Notes under the pieces: model-generated
Told to the model about the DNA's origin: nothing
Databases searched by the model: none
The model's input: only the letters and a program-made list of their open reading frames with translations
From: Lingula anatina
Lineage: Eukaryota > Animalia > Brachiopoda
Direction of reading: 5' to 3'
Assembly: GCA_051362555.1 (NCBI GenBank)
Contig: CM120647.1
Coordinates: forward strand, 18,700,651 to 18,764,650
Length of the DNA: 64,000 bases
Shown here: positions 58,519-64,000 of the stretch, piece by piece
Numbering within the stretch: the first letter of the stretch is position 1
Layout: each line of letters opens with the position of its first letter
Program-made: the position numbers and the translations under genes

Positions 58519-59027
58519 TTGTCTTTGAGATGAGTGCAACACAGATATAATGCTATGCTGAAATTTTATCTACTAGGAGAAATGTCTGATTTGTTTTTGG
58601 TGAGTGTAATTTTAATTACTAAAATCTTAAGTTATATCTCACTCACTTGGATGTTTTATTTTTTAATGACTGGTCATTCTATAGCACTCAAAAAGATGTT
58701 TTTTTTCCAACCTGAAGGCAGCTTACTAGTGAAAACTTATGAATCAATATTTATATATATTTAATAAGAAAACTACAGCAATGACTCCAACCATCTTAAT
58801 TCTTGATAGTGCATGAACTGGTATATGTCCGTTTCATAAAAAAAAAATCATTGTTTTTTCTAGGTGGCTTTGAACCAAACAAGAGTATTCAAGAAGAGAC
58901 AAACTATTTATTCCAAACTCCTTTTGAAGGCTGTATTAAAGATTTCACTATTTATCAAGACAAGCCGTCCATAAAGCTTTTAAATGCAAACAATGGCCAA
59001 AATATACTCAGCTGTGTTGGCAGCTGA
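13106..59027 (+). CDS. EYS: Protein eyes shut homologue (EYS/spacemaker), about 5,540 aa, 52 coding exons: 13106-13934, 14799-14912, 15433-15546, 16642-16926, 17242-17430, 17639-18946, 19122-19238, 23899-25071, 25460-25632, 26021-26240, 26517-26630, 27064-27177, 27598-30035, 30577-30679, 31098-31211, 31611-31724, 32084-32314, 33216-33429, 34046-34159, 34536-34789, 35202-35406, 35563-35708, 35903-36074, 36330-36496, 36895-37000, 37422-37649, 38070-40258, 40556-41932, 42146-42252, 42670-42759, 43267-43352, 43726-43975, 44311-44512, 44912-45191, 45587-45667, 46393-46534, 46971-47086, 47371-47546, 47936-48109, 48408-48488, 48762-49001, 49359-49533, 49857-50020, 53939-54202, 54389-54517, 54818-54937, 55195-55313, 56144-56288, 56582-56733, 57096-57244, 58300-58400, 58864-59027
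   Basis: A hydrophobic N-terminal signal-like stretch is followed by a domain with [11 protein letters not shown] and [12 protein letters not shown], resembling the vertebrate EYS N-terminus (QICPLQIQLGD, CPLGLRLNVTVK as I recall it). Then come a long EGF array, a Ser/Thr mucin-like region and five LamG domains interleaved with EGFs, with no transmembrane segment. All 51 introns are GT-AG with consistent phases, and the exons sum to 16,629 nt (divisible by 3). Confidence 0.87.
14731..14791. repeat. (ATT)n microsatellite abutting the exon 2 acceptor (similar tracts at 30531-30572 and ~47825-47900)
   Basis: Directly visible. Confidence 0.9.
16167..16272. mobile_element. Short TIR element (CATGGGTGAAAGTT family), copy 2, opposite orientation
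   Basis: CATGGATGAAAGTT ... AACTTTAACCCATG ends. About 44 nt are nearly identical to the reverse complement of 10878-10921. Confidence 0.55.
19635..20576 (-). CDS. Nested antisense gene in EYS intron 7: uncharacterised 211-aa coiled-coil protein with a Cys cluster. Coding exons 20576-20225 and 19918-19635
   Basis: Two protein-like ORFs join in frame via donor ACAG|GTATAG (20224) and acceptor TTTTTTCTCGCACATTCAG| (19919); G+AC gives Asp; total 636 nt. An acceptor CTCTAG| lies 8 nt before the ATG, and a candidate upstream UTR-exon donor ATG|GTAAGT lies at 22162. Confidence 0.75.
23609..23781. mobile_element. MITE-like element flanked by ~50-bp imperfect direct repeats
   Basis: Inverted ends CAGGCCCATAGCCAG ... 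CTGGCTATGGACCCG. Direct repeats at 23542-23593 and 23782-23830. Confidence 0.55.
23899..25632 (+). other. IgGFc-binding-protein N-terminal-type domain encoded by EYS exons 8-9
   Basis: Motifs [96 protein letters not shown] and [11 protein letters not shown], which are typical of the IgGFc_binding family. Confidence 0.85.
26621..26750 (+). repeat. 31-bp tandem repeat (4 copies) containing the exon 11 splice donor
   Basis: Unit TGTGTCCCAGGTTAGTATAATGATGGTGCTC in 4 identical copies. Confidence 0.95.
27182..27236. repeat. (GT)n microsatellite at the start of intron 12
   Basis: Directly visible. Confidence 0.95.
28806..29942 (+). repeat. Coding 114-bp tandem repeats (one EGF per unit) in EYS exon 13: a near-identical triplet at ~28806-29142 and a near-identical quartet at ~29490-29942
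   Basis: Repeated peptides [28 protein letters not shown] (x3) and [28 protein letters not shown] (x4, first copy slightly variant), with very few nucleotide differences. Confidence 0.9.
32323..32787 (+). repeat. 31-bp minisatellite (~13 near-perfect copies plus degenerate 5' copies) at the start of intron 17
   Basis: Unit CATCCATATACAGTCATGTCTCCACCCACAT. Confidence 0.95.
33619..33889. mobile_element. Helentron-associated non-autonomous element (HINE/DINE-1-like), inserted inside an older copy of the same family (~33512-33978)
   Basis: Subterminal inverted repeats ACCTCCGCCAAGG / CCTTGGCAGAGGT, a (GACA)n-type microsatellite and a terminal hairpin ACCTC...GAGGT. The flanks carry degenerate matching segments (GGATCACCACCAAAA upstream, AACTCCTTTGTGGAGGT downstream). 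Confidence 0.65.
34310..34530 (+). repeat. 31-bp minisatellite (same family as 32323-32787; ~5 good copies) ending at the intron 19 acceptor
   Basis: Units TAGTCATGTCTCCACCTACTTCATCCATATA and TAGCTATGTCTCCACCCACTGTATCCATATA. The last copy runs into TTTTCAAG|. Confidence 0.9.
35709..35769 (-). repeat. Two inverted copies of the same 31-bp family, starting exactly at the intron 22 donor GT
   Basis: GTGGGTGGAGACATTGCCATATATGGGTATA is 27/31 identical to the reverse complement of the intron 19 unit. A second, more degenerate copy follows 31 nt later. Confidence 0.8.
39409..39675 (+). repeat. Coding 21-bp tandem repeat (SSDTGST-type heptapeptide, ~12 copies) in the mucin-like exon 27
   Basis: Recurring AGTGATACTGGTTCAACATC and its translation. 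Confidence 0.85.
41352..41441 (+). repeat. Coding (ACT)n microsatellite encoding poly-Thr in exon 28
   Basis: Directly visible. Confidence 0.9.
42268..42371 (+). pseudogene. Decayed tandem duplicate of most of EYS exon 29, lying in intron 29
   Basis: GCACAGGATATCTCATGTAC...TCAGCTACAGCAGTCCA...CCTTGGAGTTCAATACAGCACAG repeats 42176-42252. The donor position reads ATAAGT instead of GT. Confidence 0.75.
45672..46090 (+). repeat. 31-bp tandem array decaying towards its 3' end, starting at the intron 35 donor
   Basis: Unit ATTGTCACAACTAACACAATATGGAACTAAC; about 6 clear copies, then degenerate copies. Confidence 0.85.
47568..47722. mobile_element. MITE-like element of the CATTCAGAA family
   Basis: Inverted ends CATTCAGAATAGGGGACTAAC / GTTATTCCCCTATTCTAAATG. 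The core GACACTGAATAG...AAGTGGGTCAGCCATATTTGA is shared with the copies at 55876 and 57577. Confidence 0.6.
50257..53545. mobile_element. 3.3-kb non-autonomous DNA transposon with TIRs and a 7-bp TSD, in intron 43
   Basis: Left end CTAAGATCTAATAAACAGAAAGATTGGACA matches the reverse complement of the right end, CTAAGATCTAATATACCAAAGATTGGACA. An inverted subterminal motif AGACGTTCGTACGG is present at both ends. ATATAAG is duplicated at 50250-50256 and 53546-53552. No intact transposase ORF. Confidence 0.8.
52463..53060. repeat. ~188-bp tandem repeat (~3.2 copies) inside the 3.3-kb element
   Basis: CCATCTTG anchor at 52481, 52668, 52856 and 53044; copies 2 and 3 are nearly identical. Confidence 0.9.
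54562..54612. repeat. (CT)n microsatellite
   Basis: Directly visible. Confidence 0.95.
55876..56035. mobile_element. MITE-like element of the CATTCAGAA family (degenerate)
   Basis: Shares AAAAGCTTGCTGCT, GAATAGATTCC, AAGTGGGTCAG and TGTTAGTCTGCTCTGAAT with the other copies. Confidence 0.55.
57577..57744. mobile_element. MITE-like element of the CATTCAGAA family
   Basis: Inverted ends GTACATTCAGAAGAGCAGACTACAGGTC / GACCTGTTATTCTGCTATTCTGAGTGCAC, ending in CTCTTAG. Confidence 0.6.
57740..58021. mobile_element. Palindromic MITE-like element with ~105-bp inverted arms
   Basis: Arms 57755-57859 and 57894-57998 are near-perfect reverse complements. Termini CTTAGATCGCA / TGTGATCTTAG. Confidence 0.75.
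58458..58516. repeat. (GA)n microsatellite
   Basis: Directly visible. Confidence 0.95.
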
Positions 59028-59094
59028 AAATGACTGTGGACTAGTGTGAGAGTGTCTAGTCCTGATTGAGATCCACTGGTCTGTACAGTATTAT

Positions 59095-59232
59095 CTAACA
59101 CAATCAGCATTCACACCTAACACAATTAGCAGTCACACCTAACACAATCAGCAGTCACACCTTACACAGTCAGCTCACATCTAACACAATTAGCAGTCCT
59201 GCTCAACATAATAGGCAGTTACACCTAACATA
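59095..59232 (+). repeat. ~22-bp tandem repeat (~6 copies) in the proximal EYS 3' UTR
   Basis: Unit CTAACACAATCAGCAGTCACAC with variants. Confidence 0.8.
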
Positions 59233-61345
59233 ACTAGAAGTACTGACTGACACAGTAAAACTCTTTTCCCTACCAAGGATTATAGAAGTAGGTTCAGTGC
59301 TTTAAGAAATTGCATCTAGTTAACTTAGTTAGAAACTGGTTCTAAAATTGAGTCATGTTTAACATTGCAAATGGAATAGTAAATTAAACCTATATTGAAC
59401 AGAGGATGGTCCAGATGCATGAAAAGTCTGTTTGTTCAAATGGTGCTACATTTTCTGGTTGTGTAATATAAGTAAGAAATATGTAAATAAGTTCAGCTGA
59501 TCCTGATATGCAGTTTTATCTTAATAACACAAATTAGATATTTTTTTCTGCATTTGCAGATAAATGTTTATATGACCTTAGTGGTCCTTCAGGCTTTATC
59601 TTTTAACACTTGTGCCGTCCTTTAATATTTAATAGTTATTTTTATGGAGCTCAGTTATATTTGCATGAATCATGAAATGCAGTGTATACGTTTGATTCTG
59701 ATATCTACTGTTTTAATGTTTGTTTGTTGTACAGTGGCTGTATTTAATCTTCAAACCAACAGCATTTTGGGATTTGATATATTGAGAAGCAATGTATGTG
59801 ATTGTAAACTAAGATGAAAATTGTTCTTTGTAGAGGTTAATCAATTATACAGTTTTTATAACATTTTATGTGTGAATGAAGTGTAATAGAATTGAGTGCA
59901 GAAAATGTGCATGTCACTGCAGTCACTGTTTACAGATTGAGTTTCAAAGAATTTATAACTCTGGTATAACCAAGGGCAGTTTCATATATTAATTAATATA
60001 TTTTATTTTATTTATTTATTTATTTATTTTTCGAAGGGGGGAGGGGAGGAGCACAGAAGACTTCTGCCCCTTGCCCTAAACTTTTGTGATACACCCCTTT
60101 GACCCTCACCCAGCCCCCCCCCTCAAAAAAAAAAAAAAAAAAAAAAATTCCCTCAAAAACAATTATGAATCCATCAGTCCATAGTAAGGTTAACATTGTT
60201 TTTATTTACACCTAGTGGTATTACTGCAACATTGAATAGTGCTATAATGTTCACTTTTCTTACATGAATAGTAGGTTAATAAGGGTAATGGGTTATAAAC
60301 CTCTTGTACAATGCATGGTAATGTTACTCAAATCATAATCCTTATACATATAGGAATAGTACCCCACTATACAGACATGAACTTTTTCCAAAGAAACGCA
60401 GAATTCTGCGTTTTTAAATTCTATTCTGATGGTTCCTGAGATTTGCCAAGATCTGCAATAAATTCTGGGGGATGGGGGTGATCAGATTTTTTTTTTCCAT
60501 TTTCTTTTGAAACCTAGGCTCATGTCTGACTATAGCATTCCATAATGTTGTATCAGAAACTGATATGATGTTAACTTTCTACAAGGTTAATTAGTGTAAT
60601 TGTTATTGATATAACTTGTTAAAAAAACTTTAAGGTAATGGGACTTTTTAACCAGACTTGATATTTTAACTATTTTATATTCAAGTTAAAGGGATAATAA
60701 CTCTTCGTTTTGGCCAAAAAATGAATTTTCCTGGAGTCAAACAATTTTCCCATACTTACCAATGGTTAATGAATCCATTTTTACATTCAAAGTTAGTCCC
60801 TGTTTTTTTTCTAAAAAGTTTGTTTTTTTTTTGTTATAATCTCTTTAAGTCACGTGTCACGTGGTCTAAAGACAAGCTCAGATATCAAAATGATAGCTGT
60901 AACTGCCATTTTTGTGGTAAAACAGAATATATTTCTATGAGTTGTTCACAATGTTTTTATTGTGAAATATATGAAGAGTTATTATCCCTTTAAGATGTAC
61001 TCAAAGCTTACAAAGTGCACATCAATGCATGTAAATGTTGATGTTTAGTTGAAAGGTTTTCAACTTACAAAATTTATTTGTTAAATATTATACATATTAT
61101 TGTATGCCAGTATTTTTTTCATACTCTTCTCATTCTTTTTATATTTTTCTTGCAACTGCTCTTGCATGTGAGACTCATTTTCGATATTTTAAAAATATTT
61201 CTCCCTCCGTCCCGTATATATATCTTTATAGTTATAAAGTGCATGTAACATTCAAGATAAAAGATTGTGTGAGGTAACTTTCATATGCAGCTATGTAAAT
61301 CATAGGATATACTATAGAGTACTGAAAGTGTGATTGTTCAACATT

Positions 61346-61347
<2 letters not shown>

Positions 61348-61432
<85 letters not shown>
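61348..61432. repeat. Compound (TA)n(GATA)n microsatellite
   Basis: Directly visible. Confidence 0.95.
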
Positions 61433-62196
61433 CATGGTGTAAATACTGTAAAGAAAATTAAATGATTTTATATTTAGAATGATATTTAGGCTGGCTTCTT
61501 TGCCAAAGTTATCAAATCAAAATGTGTTTTAAGTTGCTCAAAAGCATTGTAAAGTTTAGGTTGTGCTTGGACTTACAGTGTAGTAATTTGATAATATGCT
61601 AATCGAGATGTTATGAGGGTTTAAAACACTTCATGCCAAACAGAGTTGTTGGTCAACAGTTTTACAAATCATTGTTTTGAGGATTGCTAATTGTTTAATT
61701 ATGAAGCTTGAAAAGGTTATCTTTTGCACATTTCTTTGGGAATAAATACATTTGTTTTTAGTAAAGATAGGTTGTGATGATTGCATTTCTTGCAACTGCT
61801 AGAACTAAAGATTTAAAACGTATTGTAGTTTTTACTTAGGTATTGAAGCATTTTAAATTCATGTGGTAATTTGATATTATAGAAAACGGTTTACTCCCAC
61901 TACTACACATTATATTTATATCCTAGACTCAAGACTTACTAATAAAAATGTTTGAACTTACCGAAATAATTATTGCAAATGGAACCCTGGATCAATGTGA
62001 ATTTGGAAGATCCCTTGCATTCAACTGTTTTGGTAGGATCTTTTAATTTATTCTTAATTATCACCATAGTAATGCCAAGGTGATTAATTTTAGATTTTTG
62101 GAAAGCAGTTTGGAAGGTTAATTTATCTCTAAACTGTGAGGCGGGTTGTGATTTTAGAAGAATGGGTCCTGTAAAATAAATTTATTGTTAAGAAAT

Positions 62197-62652
62197 CTAA
62201 GATCGCATTCAGAAGAGTGGACTAACAGTTCCGTGGATCAAATATGGCGACCTACTTGAATGCTTGCTGAGTAATCCCCGCAGGAAATCTATTCAGTGTC
62301 TAATCGGAAGTTCAGCAGCAAGCTTTTTTATTGAAGATATTGTTTGTTTGCCATCTTTCACAGGACCTCATACAACCATATTTAATCCCCAGAGATATTT
62401 GGATTGATGTATCTCCCTGGGGAGTCTCACTAAATTGCTATCAACTTAACCGGCTTAAATGTCTGTCATGTCTAGTACTGCTGTTAGGGGGTAATTATCT
62501 TTACCCCTAGCTGATTCGGTGGGCGTGACAGACACTGAAGCTGGTTAAGTTGACAGCAATTTAGTGAGACCCCTAGGGAGTTAGACTGATCCAGATGGAT
62601 CGATCTAGCCATGGGAACCCAGTCTAAGTCCACTGTTCTGAATACGCTCTGA
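62197..62652. mobile_element. Composite MITE: CATTCAGAA-family copy in reverse orientation carrying an internal ~170-bp palindrome (62413-62580)
   Basis: It starts CTAAGATCGCATTCAGAAGAGTGGACT and ends AGTCCACTGTTCTGAATACGCTCT. Internal arms CTCCCTGGGGAGTCTCACTAAATTGCTATCAACTTAACCGGCTT / AAGCTGGTTAAGTTGACAGCAATTTAGTGAGACCCCTAGGGAG. Confidence 0.65.
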
Positions 62653-64000
62653 AAGCTGGGTTACCTTGTGTCTGGCACTGGATACTAGATAGTTGTTGCT
62701 GTAAGGCAAAGAGCTGGTGAGAGTTGCTTTTGGAATTCAAGTAATGTATCTCCACCATCCTGTTGAAGAAGCGTCTCCATTTTCAATGTGTAAACTTTTA
62801 AAGACGTTCAGCAGGGTGTGACGATAGACCGTCACAACACTTACCACACCTGATGGGCCAACGCAACGTGCTAGTTGTGTGGATTACAGGGGCACGATTG
62901 ATCAGCCCAGTTGTACACTAAATATTTAAACATCCCCCTTTACTACATCCACTCCTTCACAATCTGAAGATGCACGTGATATAATTTTTTTACTCATGAT
63001 TCTGACTGGGTGTTGATGTTCTTGCCTCCCATTTTTTAAAGACGACTTTGAGATACTGTGCTTTAGATTTTAATAACTGAAATATTTCTATATTCAACAC
63101 ATGCGTGTAATAATTTCAATCAACAATGACACTAGCATCTGTGACGTCACATGCAATGTGACTGGTTTCCTCTTGGCTATATCCCACAGGTCACACAATT
63201 CCTCAAGTCTGATAACCTAGCCAACTGGCAGGATGTCGGGTTTAGTCTCGAACGTTTTTCAATCTTTAAGTAATTTCTATCTTTCAAGATAGTTCACAAC
63301 TGATGTTTAATCGTCCACGGTTTAGTGTCTGCATATATGCAAGTAAACCCATAAAAAGGAACGAACTCAAGTCCCATGTGAGGTTTCTAACTACACATGC
63401 TATTTACTTCTCCTATAAAACATGTTCTACAATTGTCGTGTCTCCAAGAATGCTAGCTTAATTCTGCCCAGCTCAATCACTAACACCATTTTACACAGGC
63501 TATTCAATGACAAAGAACCAATATTGTTTTAGCAAGATCCATATTTGACACAATGGTTCCATGGGAAGCTGTGAAAGGAGCACCACCTAGCTACTACATA
63601 ACTGCAGTTGGTCTTGCAGCCACAGTTGACAGTTAAAGTTGTCTTTTCCTGTGTTGGATCGTAAATAACAATGCACCCTCAACATGATAACAGGTGACAG
63701 AGCAGCACTGTCTTGCAGTGGTTGCCTTTGCATAGCAGACCTGTACTTAATACTAAATGCATGTTAACATCAACATTGGACTGACTTCAGATTTTAATTT
63801 AACAACACCTATGTAATCAGTTACTACTACAATTTAAGACACTGGTAGTAAAACTATATTACAAAAATGTTTGGGGAACTAATTCAGTATATTACTCAAC
63901 TTATAAACTTGTACCCTTATTTCTTGTATTTTTGTAATTCACTCTCTACATAAAAGATTTCACCTCGAAATATCACGATTCAATCACAACCGAAGCCATC

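Noticed and set aside
13935-58863. U12-type or GC-AG introns in EYS
   Set aside because: Every intron in the model is GT-AG and none shows the GTATCCTT/ATATCCTT U12 donor.
13106-59027. Notch, Crumbs, fibropellin or agrin as the identity of the EGF gene
   Set aside because: There are no LNR or ankyrin repeats, no transmembrane or cytoplasmic tail, and no CUB, avidin or Kazal domains. The EYS-type N-terminus and five terminal LamG domains fit EYS.
62655-64000. Terminal exon of a convergent gene
   Set aside because: There is a donor-like site at ~62664 on the minus strand and somewhat higher GC, but no sustained ORF. It could be UTR and cannot be called.

Overview
AT-rich, intron-rich animal genomic DNA, probably from a marine invertebrate (lophotrochozoan- or mollusc-like; the taxon is inferred). 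I assembled four protein-coding genes by hand from GT-AG splice sites and reading-frame continuity. (1) Cytoplasmic poly(A)-binding protein PABPC (+, 1989-7250, 8 coding exons, 624 aa). (2) A MKRN2OS/DUF4796-like gene (-, 11988-10045, 4 exons, 213 aa). (3) A very large eyes shut (EYS/spacemaker) homologue (+, 13106-59027, 52 coding exons, 16,629 nt CDS, about 5,540 aa, about 70 EGF repeats, an extra IgGFc-binding-type domain, a mucin-like region and 5 laminin-G domains). (4) A spliced orphan gene of 211 aa nested antisense in EYS intron 7. The introns hold MITE-like elements, a Helentron-associated (HINE-like) element, a 3.3-kb TIR element with a 7-bp TSD, and several 31-bp tandem arrays next to splice sites. 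The most notable observations are: one 31-bp repeat family in sense orientation in introns 17 and 19 and inverted over the intron-22 5' splice site (candidate RNA-pairing splice switch or circRNA); the phase-symmetric IgGFc cassette that interrupts an EGF module; the nested gene; and a quadruplicated splice donor. No database searches were run, so family assignments rest on recognised motifs.
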